DNA of 64,000 nt from Paramoeba atlantica (taxonomy: Eukaryota; Protista; Discosea). The notes under the pieces were generated by a model. It made no database searches. It had not been told where the DNA came from and was given only the letters and a program-made list of their open reading frames with translations. Location: assembly GCA_977017575.1 (NCBI GenBank), contig CDRNVI010000149.1, positions 310,001 through 374,000 of the forward strand, in the 5' to 3' direction. Shown here one piece after another: positions 40,316 to 52,517 of this stretch. Both the position numbers and the translations under genes were made by a program. How positions within the stretch are numbered: the first letter of the stretch is position 1; every line of letters starts with the position of its first letter.

Positions 40316-43300
40316 TTTCAAAAGAAAAAGAAAAAAAAAAAAGAGAAAAAAAAAAGACTTTTTCCCCCTTGAAAAACAACAAACAACAAACCACAAACCA
40401 ACCACACCACCAATCACTTCCCACTTCATTCGAATCAATACTCACTCTCCCCTCTTCCTCTCAAACCCCACCTTCAAAAGCTCTGCTCCCCACCCCTGAT
40501 GTAACAACAGATTTTCAAGATTGCCATGGCCATGCCTCTCGATCTTGGGCACCCTCAAACCAGATAGCACAGAAAACTTTCGGTTCCCAAAACTTCACTT
40601 GGGCCAAGTGGAGAAAGAGTCACAGCCAAGAAGGAGAGCAAGAGAAAGAAAAAGAAGGAAAAAAAGAAGAGGTCAGAGAAAGAGAAAAGGAAGGAAAAAG
40701 ACAAAGAGAACCCCAAAAAAGCGAGAGAGCAGGAGCAGAAACAATGAAGAAAGAGAGAAAAGAAAGGAAGAGAATGAAAAGAAAAAGAAAATAGAGGAGG
40801 AAAAAAAACAGAAAGGAAAAAGAATGGAAAAAAAGAGGAAGAAAGAGAAAAATCAGAAAAAGAAAAGAATGAAAGAAACAGAAAAGAAAGAGAAAAAGAA
40901 CTAAATCGAATGGACAATCCTCAGGCCCAAAAGACAACTTCACATCCTCCAAAATTCCTTGGCAATTGCTTGTACCAAAGATGCAGAGGCCAACACCAAA
41001 AAGTAATAGTCTCCCGATGTGAGAAGTGCCTCCTTACATTCTGCTCCTTTTCCCACCACAGGAAGTCACAAACTCTCTGTCACCCTCTTCCTCCTCCCCC
41101 CCCCCAACCTCTCCCATCCCTAACCTCCCCTCCCTGCTCTCCCTCCAATCCCTCCTCCCACCCTCCCTCCCCAATTCCCTCCCACCCTCCCTCCCCACTC
41201 CCCTCCCCCACTCCCTATCCCTCTCTGCATCTCAATTTTAATCCTGATCTCGATCCCTCCAGCACCCCTCCCCCTTCATGTAACAACCCTGAATGCAATG
41301 GTAAAGCAGAAGTTGGCTCCCACATCTCCTGTAACCACTGCCAAATGCATTATTGTTCAACACAATGCCACAACAGCACAGAAAACCATCCCATCACCCC
41401 TTTTCCTCCTCCCCCATCTCACCCCTCACCTCACACACCTCTCCACCCTCCTTCCCATCCACCTCATTTGCCCCCCCCCAAGCCCACCTCACCACCTCCC
41501 TTCCCACACCCCCTCTCACTCCCCTCTCGCTCCCCCTCCCCAACAACTTTCCCACCGCCCTTCTTCTCATGGCCCACCTTCTTTTCAACAAACTCCTCCC
41601 TCCCTCTCCCTTATCCTTGAACTCTTCAAAAATGGCTCCTTTGAAGATATAGTCTTAACTGTCCCCCACTTCAGAAACTTGGATCGCACAAGAACAAGCT
41701 CCCTCCAAACATGCAGAGCTTGTGACCTCCTTGGACTTGGAATCAACCACTTCTTTGGTGGCCAACAGAAAAACTAAGACCTTACTCCCATTCTCTCCTC
41801 AGATTTCAAAAATGCTCAACAAACAAAGCAAGATGAGATATCATCCCCCTTCTCTCGAATCGCAAGTAGCACAGGGAGAATAGCCTTTCTCCTACAGTTC
41901 TGGCAACACTGGAAACCTGCACCACAGCCTCCCGAAATCTCGCTCACAAATGTCAAAGACAACTTCTTTTTCATCTGTGGGGATGGATCTGTTGCTACCA
42001 ACCCAAATGGATGGTGTGTTGGAAGCTCATCACTCTGTGTCGTTCATGAGAACAAGGAAATTGTCCACTCTCTCATCCATTCTCCCAAGCCCTGAAAACC
42101 ATATTAACTGGAGAAACCGCAAGAACAACTCTTTGGCAGATAGGATCACAAGTTTAGCAGTACACAGAGGATGCCCTGACAACACCTGGAGAATCACACC
42201 CATCCTCGACCCAGACCCACAACACATCCAACAACTCTTCTTCAATCATGGGCGCTCTACAACCCTTCCTCATGGAAGCAAAGAAGAGACTACAATGAAC
42301 TTCATCCTCTCTCTTGAAGGAGACTCCTTCTCAAAACACATCCCCCTCTGCTACATGGACTCAGTACCACTCTGCCTTCGTGATACAGTCATCAAAACTT
42401 TTTGTGCTGTATGACACCTCTTTCATAAGATACCCCAACTCCTGATCCTCCTCCCAAAATGGATCTTTGGCTGCCTTAGAAGGGGTACTCAAGGAATGAA
42501 AGAAGTGAAATCTCGATGCACCATGGTGCGAAATTTTGAGTGGGAGAGACTCCACAAAAAACTTGAGGGTGAGCTCAGCAAACTCAAGCAAAAGAGGAGG
42601 CAGAAGTCCACCAAGAAAACCAAGGCAGACCAGATTATTGAAGAGGTCAGAAAAGGACATCTCTCCAAAGCTGCAAGGAAGCTTCAATCCAAGAGTGGAT
42701 TCAGGGATCTCTCAGTCCCAGAAAATCGTGAAACTGTGAAGAACCTCTACCCAAGATCTGAGCAGGCGTGGACTCCACCAGATCAAGCTGAAATTCCTGA
42801 CTGGAAACCAGCAATCCTTGAACAAGATGAGTTTCAGTCCTTTGACTCACTTGATCTGGCCCTTCAGAGACTTCCAAAAGGCCGCACGTCTTATGAGTTT
42901 GTCACACTCCTATGCACAGACCGAGAACTCCACTCAACCCTCAAAGAATTGACTGTCTTAATCACCAATCAAAAACTCAATGAAACCATACACAACATCA
43001 TGGCAACCTCTCTCTTCATTCCTCTGGCAAAAGGGGACAAAGGGATCCGTCCAATTGGTGTTGCTGAAGTTCTCAAGAGGTGGGCAGCGATTGCACTTGT
43101 TCTTGAAGTCCAACACGAGGGAATTCCTGAGAAATTGTCCCATCAGTATGGTGTATGCTTGCCAAGTGGTGCAGAAATGGTCCACAAAGCAATATCACAG
43201 CCTATCTCCACCTCCACCCACAACATTATGCTGCGAAACTGGACATTGTTAATGCCTTCAATTCCATCTCAAGAAAAACCATCTTTGAGAGCACAGTCCA

Positions 43301-45528
43301 GCTGGCCCCTGTATTACTTCCATACCTCTACACCTTCTATTCTTCGGTAACACCCCTCACTCTCTCATGACCGGAACCACACCCTCACCATGGAGGAGGG
43401 TGTCCAGCAAGGAGATCCCCTCGGGACAATTTTCTTTTGTCTGGGATTTCATGGAATCCTCAATCCAATCTTTCAGAAGGTTGATGCTCCACTGAATGCA
43501 CTTCTTCTTCTCTTCTTTGTCGATGATATATTTGTTTGTGGGAGCCCGGTTGCCATTGCAGAAATCACCACTCAGATCCAGAGTGTCCTCCCAAATGCCA
43601 ACCTCAAACTTGGCACAGAAAGGGGCAAAATGGTCTGTTTCTCTCCCGAAGCGCCCAGGAGCAATGACCTCAAAAATCTTGGCATTGGGAAGGCGGAAGT
43701 AATCACAGTTCTAGGGTCACCCATCGGGCTGAACACTCAAATTTCCAAGTGGCTTCACACCCTTGCTCAAGAATACCAACAAGCATCACAAGACCACTGT
43801 TTAATAATGTTCTCCAACCCCCATGAAAGTCTTGAGCTTTTTGTCAAAACCATCACACCCAAACTAACATACATCTGTTGCACAACACCTCTCTCTTTAA
43901 CCCCTTTCCAAGACTCCATCAAGCAAACCACTACAACAAACATCAATTACCTCCTCAACCCCCTCCAAGTCCCCCACCTGCATCCAAACAAAGAACTCCA
44001 TCTCTCTCGAGTAGAAGCTGCAGGCCTTCCAAAGTCAAAAGGTGGTGGTGGCTTGAGCTACTCTCAGAACACCCACCAAGCAGCCTTCCTTGGCTCCTGG
44101 ATCTCAGTCTACTGATCCTGCTCTGAGTTCAAACCTGAACTTATCAACCTCTTTGAAGACTTCTGGAAGAGTGACTCACCCCAGCGCCAGGCTCTCCACC
44201 AAGCATATATGACCATTTTGAAAGCTTCATCTTGAGCAAGTGGAAACTGCCAAGTGGTACCTCTGTCCATGAGCTCCTAACTCGATTGACAGAGCCACCA
44301 TCTGACTCAATGGGCACTGGAGAAAACTACAAACCACAGAAGAAGTTCACCTCCTGTGAACTTCAGGATGTCAAAAAGAAGATCATGGACCCAACACAAG
44401 ACAAAAACCTCTGCCGTGCAATCTGTGAGAATGAGGTTGGCCCCACCACCCACTTGTGGATGACAGCCTACCCAGACAAGGACACCTCTGGGCCAAAGCC
44501 ATATCGAGCCTTAAATGCTGAAGATTTTCGCTCAGCCTACCGATGTAGGCTTGACATAGTTGACCCACACCTTGGGGCTCTCTGCGAACTTGGGACTGTC
44601 AAGTGTGGATTCTGTGAAAAAGAACTCTGTGCTGCATCCTCCCTCCACCTCTCAGATTGCACCAGTTGTGGAAGAGGAACCACACAAGAAGACACCATGC
44701 TCTCCGTGATGAACTCAAGAACATTGCCAGCTGGGCGGGAAAAACAACAATCCGAGATGGAGCCTACCGGCCAATCGGGAAGTCACACAAGCAACCTGAT
44801 CTTACAATCTGCGAGTGGCAAGGTGACCAGGATCTGTGTATTGATGTCCGAGTTGTGTCAACCCACAAAACCCCCCACTTTCGCTGTGTGATCCAAACAC
44901 CCACCAAAACCCACTCTGACCCCCCATACTCGACACCCTCTCACCTGCTGCACACCATGCCAGGATCATGAAATGCAGAGAATATGTGGACAGATGTCTG
45001 ACTGAAACAGACTTTAATGCAGGAAGGGGCAGAGACACCCCTGAGGAGAAACAGACCCTTAAACAAATAACTCTTTCCGTTTCTCCAAGGTGAAGTCATC
45101 TTCCTTCCAGCATCTTCATCCTCAGGTGGTGGAATATCCCCTGACATTAGTGCACTCCTACGGTCCCTCGCCTCAATTGCCCTCCAAAACGACCGGGTCC
45201 TGGATGCCAACCCCCTCCCCCTCTTCTTAAGAACAGCAAAGAAGAAGATTTCAGCTGCACTAATGAAAGCAATGGCAAACCACATGATGAGCATACAGGA
45301 AAATCTAAAACCCAGCAACCCCCTTTTGACCCATCACTCTCTGTGCTTCTCATCATCTCTCAATCCAAATGACATTTCCATTCCCCCCTCTTCTTTCCAC
45401 ATGTACTACCCCCTTTTTCTGCAGTTCCTCCTCTCACTGGGTGAGAACCATTCCCTTCTCTTACGACCATCTATTTCGAATAAAAATCTCTTTCATTGAA
45501 GGAAAAAAAAAAAAAAAAAAAAAAAAAA
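40316..45528 (+). mobile_element. Full-length but inactivated CRE-clade-like RLE non-LTR retrotransposon: Zn-finger/Pro-rich N-terminal region, RNase H remnant, RT, CCHC, RLE, poly(A)
   Basis: Cys-rich fingers at 40950-41400; FICGDGS..NP (41982) and NWRNRKNNSLAD (42106); KGHLSKAARKL, GIRPIGVAEVLKRW, QYGV..PSGAE, KLDIVNAFNSISR, GVQQGDPLG, FFVDD, CCHC and PD..D; A26 at 45503-45528. The 5' boundary is uncertain. Confidence 0.88.
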
Positions 45529-45552
45529 GAGAGAAAAAAAAAAGAAAAGAGA

Positions 45553-45672
45553 AGGTCTTCAGCACTCGGGATTCGAATGTGGTCACCCACCATTCTACTA
45601 ACCGAGCCCACAGCTGCTTAACTTCCGAGTTCTGATGGGATCGGGTGCTTTCAACTGGGTATGACCGAAGAC
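45553..45672 (-). rRNA. 5S: 5S rRNA (identical to 2118-2237)
   Basis: Same sequence as copy A. Confidence 0.96.
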
Positions 45673-46326
45673 ACTTTCTCTTCTTTTTTTTCTTCTTTTC
45701 ATATCAATCCAAATTAATAAAAAGAAAAGAGAAAGAGAAAGAGAAAGATGAGAGAAAAGAAAGAAAAGAGAAAAAAGAAAAGAGAAAAGAGAAAAGAGAA
45801 AAAACCTCAATGGAAAGAGAGAAAAAGTGGTGGAATTTCAAAAAAAGAAAGAAAAAAACAAAGAAAAAAAACAAAGAAAGAGAAGGAAAAAAAATTAACA
45901 ACCTACAAAAAGAAAGAGAAGAAAAGAAAAGACAGAAGAAAAGAGAAAGAGGAAAAAGAAAGACTGAGGAAAACCAAAAAAAAAACCCAAACGAACAAAA
46001 AAACACAAAAACAAAAAAAGAAAAACGGACCTCTATTTTGGGTCCGAATATGATGGACCTCTATTTCAGGTCCTATCAGCGCTTTTTTTCTTTTTTTTTT
46101 TTTCTGTGTGTGTGTTTTTGGTTGTTCTTTCAGTGATTTTTTTTGTTTTTTTTTGTTCAATTTTGATTGGTGTTCCTTCTCGCCACACCCCACCCCCCCC
46201 CCCTCTCATTCCCTCATGAACGACAACAAACACAATCAACCACACCCTCAGGTTTTGTTTTTAATTCAAAACATTTCTTTTTCTGGATAACTTGAAACAG
46301 AAAAACAACAATCAATCAATCAAAAT

Positions 46327-46965
46327 ATGGTGATGAGAGTTCAGTTGATGTCGATTGTCGAAAGAGAAGAAGAGTGGTGGGAAGTCCAAAACACTGAGAA
46401 TGGAAGAGTGTGTTCTGTACAAGCTCAAGACTTTCGAAGTCTCCGAAGGAAGATCCAGGATGTGTACGGAACTTCAACTGCGGTTCGAGTGTTCTATCTT
46501 GACGATGAGTGTGATGTCGTCTTTGTGAAACGTGACCAAGACTTGGAAGATGCTTTGTTTGTTCTCCCAAAAAAGAACGAGACAGCAAAAGCAGTGGAGA
46601 GTCAAGTCGAAGAAGAAACTGAAAAGGAGATCCAAGAGGTCGAAAATCGAGTGGGTGATGATGAAGAGAAGAAGGTTGAGAAAGTGGGGGATGAAGTTTC
46701 TGAGAACCCTCAGAAAAGACTCAAGGAACAACAGAAGAGAGAGAAGGAGATTGAAATTCTCAGTAAACGCGACAAGAAACTGGCAGATCAGATTGATGTT
46801 CTTGAAGAAAAGATTGTGGCTCTCCAACAAAGAAAGGAACGGTTGACTGAAAACAAAACCCAAGTTCGAGAGAATCTTGTTGATTTGAAAAGTCAAAAGG
46901 AGATTGTCGGAAACAAACAAAAGGAAGAGGAGATTGAAGAAATCCAATCCTCTGAGGAAGAAGAG

Positions 46966-47000
<35 letters not shown>

Positions 47001-47361
47001 GGAAGAAGAGGAAGAAGAGGAAGAAGAGGAAGAAGAGGAGGAAGAGGAAGAGGAAGATTGTGGTAAACCAAGATCATTTGGGCAATCGAGAAAGCTTCAG
47101 AATCAACGACAAAACATCGAAAGAAGACTTTGTAATCTTGAAGCGAAAGAAAAGAAGTCAAAAAAGATGATGGAAACAGAAATTATTCTCAAGAAACGTT
47201 TGAAGGAAATCACAGAGAGGTTGGTGACTGAACCAAAAGAAGAAGAAGAGAAAGACAAAATGTTTAGAAATAAGAGAAAAGGAACTCAACATTCCTCCCC
47301 ACCACATGATTTGAAAAAGAAGTTTTTCAATTCTCCTCCAAAAGAAAGAAGACGAAAATAA
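46327..47361 (+). CDS. PB1-domain coiled-coil protein, copy B (344 aa; poly-Glu 34 vs 11)
   Basis: Intact ORF; the 5' half is identical to copy A and the 3' half has diverged with in-frame indels. Confidence 0.8.
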
Positions 47362-48589
47362 ATAACAAAATCTCTTTAATGGAATCAAATTTTTTGTGCT
47401 CTTTTTTTTATCAAGAAAAAAAGTTTATTTCTTTTCTTTTTTCTTTTTTCTTTTTTCTTTTTTCTTTTTTTTTCTTTATTCACTCCTCTTCTTTTCTCTG
47501 TTGGTTATCTCATCGTAATTTTTCTCCTTTCTTTTTTCATCAAAAAGAATGTGTCAGATAGATGTGGGGGAGATCTTGATACTCTCTGGGTGCTAATTTG
47601 TGAAAATCCGGACCCAGAGAATACATCATCTTTCCCAAATAAAAAAACACCTCTTTTGTCTCTTCTTTTTTTTTTGAAGATTCACTTATCTGTAAGACTG
47701 TCTTATTTTTTCAAAAAAGAAAAAGGAAAAGAAAGGGAAGGGGGGGGAAAGAGAGAGAAGAGAGAAGAGAAAGAGAGAAGAGAGAAGAGAAAGAGAAAAT
47801 AGAAAGAGAAGAAAGAGAAAAATGAGAAACTGTGAAGAAGAAATCGAAAACAAAAGGAAAGAAATCAACAAAAAGAAAAGGAAAGAAGAGAAAAAGAAAA
47901 AAGGGGGGAAAGGGAAAAAAGAAAAGAGAGAACCCATCAAAAAAGGGAAGAAAGGGGAACGAGAAAAAGGGGACAAGAAAAAGAGGAACAAAAAAAAGTG
48001 AAAAAGTGAGAAAGTGAAAAAGTGAAAAAAAAAAAAAAGAGAAGAGATAAAAGTGAAAAAGAGAAGAAAAAAACAGAAAAGTCAATGAAATAAAAAGAAA
48101 TAAAGAGAGAACCCCATCCGGTCCCATTCACAAAGGGCAAAATAGTTCGAGAAAGAGAAAAGAAAAAAAGAAGGAAAAGAAAAAAAGAGAGAGAAAAGAA
48201 AAAGAGAGAGAAAAGAAAGAGAGAGAGAAAAGAGAAGAGAGAGAAAAGAGAAGAGAGAAAAAGGAAGAGAGAAAAAAGAAAGAGAGAAAAAGAAAAGACA
48301 AAACAAAACCAACGAGGCCAGAAAAATTATGAGCCCTAAAATCTTTTTTTTTTGTGTGCTAAAATAAACCAGCACAATTCAATTGTTTTTCTGAGTGTTG
48401 AAAAAATATTTTTTGATGAGAATTTTTTTTTCAATGCCCTGAAAAACCTTTGCAATTGCGTTCCTTTCCCTTTTCCCTTGGCAACCCGGTGAGAGAGAGG
48501 AAAGAGCGAAAGGAGAGAAGAAGAGGAAGAGAAAAAAGAAAAGAAAAGAAAGAGAAATTAAAAAAAAGAATTAAATTAAGAACTAAAAA

Positions 48590-48880
48590 AAAAGGGAAAG
48601 AGGAAGAAGGAGGGAAGAAGGAGGGGAAAGTGGGGAAGGTAGGGAAGGTAGGAAAGGTAGGAAAGGTTGGGGAAGGTAGGAAAGGTAGGAAAGGAGGGGA
48701 AAGTGGGGAAGGTGGGGAAGGTAGGGAAGGGAGGAAAGGTGGGGAAGAGGGAAGGTAGGAAAGGAGGGCAAAGGGTTGAGAAGAGGGAAGGTAGGAAAGG
48801 AGGGCAAAGGAGGGCAAAGTAGGGCAAAGGAGGGGAAAGTAGGGGAAGGTTGAGAAAGTTGAGAAGGTTGGGTAGAGGTG
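48590..48880. repeat. G-rich polypurine tract, copy B
   Basis: Direct reading. Confidence 0.85.
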
Positions 48881-49701
48881 GGTGAAGTGAAATCATGTTC
48901 TCTTTTTTCTTGAGGTTTATTCTTTTTTCTTTCTCTTTTTTTTTTCTTTTTTTTTCTTTTTCTTTTCTTTCTTTTTTTTTTCTTTTTTTTTCTTTTTTTT
49001 TTCTTTTTGTTTTTGTTTTTTTTTTGTTTTTTTTTTTGTTTTTTTTTTGTTTTTTTTTTGTTTTTTTTTTGTTTTTTTTTCCTATTTTTCTTTTGTTTTT
49101 TCTTCTTTATCTTCCCTCTTTTTAATCTTTTCCCCTCTCTTCTCTTTTTCTCCCTTTTTCCTTCTCTTTCTTTTCTCTTTCTTTTCTTTTTCTTTTCTCT
49201 TTCTTTTCTCTTTCTTTTCTCTTTCTTTTCTCCTTAACATAGGAAAGTTGTTTAATTGAAGAGAGTGTAATTCACGTTTTAAATAATGGTCCTTTTTTCT
49301 TCAATGGTTTTTTTTCTTTTTTTCTTTTGTTTTTTTTGTTTTTTTTGTTTTTTTTTGTTTTTTTTTTGTTTTTTTTTCTTTTTTTTCTTTGTTTTTTTTT
49401 TTGTTTTTTCTTTTTTATGTGTTTTTCCTTTTTTTTCTTTTTTTTTTCTTTTCTTTTATCTTTTGTTTTTTCATCTTCTTTATCTTTTATCTTTCCTCTT
49501 TTTAATCTTTCTCCCCCCCTCTTCTCTTTTCTCCTCTTTCCCCTCTTTCTCCTTCTCTTTTCTTTTCTTTTCTTTCCTTCTCTTTCTTTCCTTTTAAAAC
49601 AGTGAAGTCATTGGATTAGAAAAGAGTGAAATCACGTATCAAAAAAGATCCTTTTTCTTCACAGTTTTTTCTTTTTTTTTCTTTTTTTTTTCTTTTTTCT
49701 T

Positions 49702-50346
49702 CATCAGAATAAATTTGCCGACGTGAGCAAGAAATCCGACGTCAGAAAAAGCTGATGTGTTGGTTTCTGGTTGGTCAATCAAAAACGCAGATGCAGATTT
49801 TTGCTCATTTTTCGTCTTTGGGACCATTTCAAATTCAAACTTGATTCTTCGAAGCTCTCTGCAATAAAAAGTTTTTTTTGATCCTCCAAAACTGAGGTTT
49901 TCCTTCAAAGTCAATCGTTTCAACAAAAGAGCCTTCAACAAGCAAAAATGATGAAAAAGAAACACATCTTAATTCAAAAACTGGAGAGCCTTGTCCTTGG
50001 AAAGGGGAAAGTGGATTCTGAAGGTCCCAGTTTGGCTCAGCCTTGACAGACCCCAACTGCTCAAAAAAATTAGAATTTTCCATCTTTTCATCCAATTTTA
50101 ATCGGACAACTTGGGTGTGAAAGGAAGCTCAAACAAAAAAAGTCACATCATTGATTTCTCACTTGAAGAGAAACAAACAAAAACAAAACAAGGAAAAGGA
50201 AAGGAAAGGAAGGAAAGAAACGTGCTACCTCCATCTTGGTCTCAAAAACTGGAGGTAACAACCAAAATTTCCTTTTTTTGGACAAAAAACAGTTTTCCAC
50301 TCATGACGTCGGATTTCTTGCTCACGTCGGCAAATTTATTCTGATG
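49702..50346. mobile_element. 645-bp non-autonomous TIR element (MITE-like), present only in copy B
   Basis: Perfect 43-bp inverted repeats CATCAGAATAAATTTGCCGACGTGAGCAAGAAATCCGACGTCA at 49702-49744 and 50304-50346, with TTTTTCTT on both sides. The equivalent site in copy A (~6180-6210) is empty. Confidence 0.9.
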
Positions 50347-51665
50347 TTTTTCTTTTTTTTTTCTTTTTTTTCTTTTCTTTTTCTTTTCTTTTTTTTCTTT
50401 TCTTTTTCTTTTCTTTTTTTTCTTTTCTTTTTTCTTTCTTTTCTTTTTTCTTTTTCTTTTTCTTTTCTGTCTTTGTTTTTTCTTTTTTCTTTTTTTTTTC
50501 TTTTTTTTCTTTTCTTTTTTTTTTCTTTTTTTTTCTTTTTTCTTTTTTTTTTCTTTTTTTCTTTTTTTTCTCTTTTTTCCTTTTCCTTTTTTTTCTTTTT
50601 TTTTCCTTTTTTTTCTGTCTTTGTTTTTCTTTTTTTCTTTTCTTTCTTTTTTTCTTTCTTTTTTCCTTTTCCTTTTTTTTCCTTTTTTTTCCTTTTTTTT
50701 CCTTTTTTTTTCCTTTTTTTTCCTTTTTTTTGTTTTTTTTGTTTTTGTTTGTTTTTGTTTATTGTTCTTTTCTTTTCTTTTCTTTTTTTTTGTTTTTTTT
50801 TGTTTTTTGTTTTTTTTTGTTTTTATTCTTTTTTTTCTTTTTTTTTCTTTCTTTTTTTTTCCTTTCTGTTTTCTTTCTTTTTTTCATTTTTTTTTGTTCA
50901 AAAGATTCGAAAAATCACAAACGAAAAAGAGAGAAGTTGCCACACAAATCAAAGTTGGATAAGGAGGGCAAAGAGAAGAGAGACCAAACAACACAAAAGA
51001 GGATTATTTCATGATAGTTTTCATACTCTCTGGGTCTGATTTTTCGAATTAGTACCCCAGAGAGAATGAAGAATCCACAAAAGAAAAGAAAAGAAGATCC
51101 ACCAGTCAGTCGGGGGGATTGGGGTGTTGTGTGTGTGTTGTTGTTTTGGTGTTAAAAGAAATATTCACGTTTTTTTTTTGAACAAAATATCTTTGGTGCT
51201 GTGTCTTTCTTGGATTCTAAAAATTGTTCATCATTGGTTTTTTTCTTTTTCTTTTTTTCTTTCTTTTTTTCTTTTTCTTCTTTTTCTGGCACTGTTTTTC
51301 AGGGTTTTTTGGGTCCAACATAGTAGTCTGTGGTTTTATATTAATATTGTCATCTCAATAAAACACCACCTCCCTCCCAATATCTTTTTCTTAATTATGT
51401 GTGTGGGTCCTTCTTAAAATCCCAATGTCCAACAGAATAACTGATTGTGTTGGGAAGAAGAAAAAAAAAGTATCTTTCACCCCCCCCAACCACACACACT
51501 GGATAAAGAAAAGTAGTGTATTGTGTGGGTGTCATTCTTCTGCTGCCATTCCAGAAAAAGAAAAAAAAATTATGAAAAGAAAAATGACTCTTTGGTGAAT
51601 GTCTCAAAAAGAAAGAAGATTTTTGTTAAAGTTTCAATTTATATTTTTTTTATACAAGCTTTTTT

Positions 51666-52517
<852 letters not shown>

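Noticed and set aside
42412-44115. UGA reassignment or readthrough suggested by in-frame TGAs in the TEs
   Set aside because: The same elements also carry frameshifts, the TGAs fit CGA->TGA decay, and PB1 encodes Trp with TGG.
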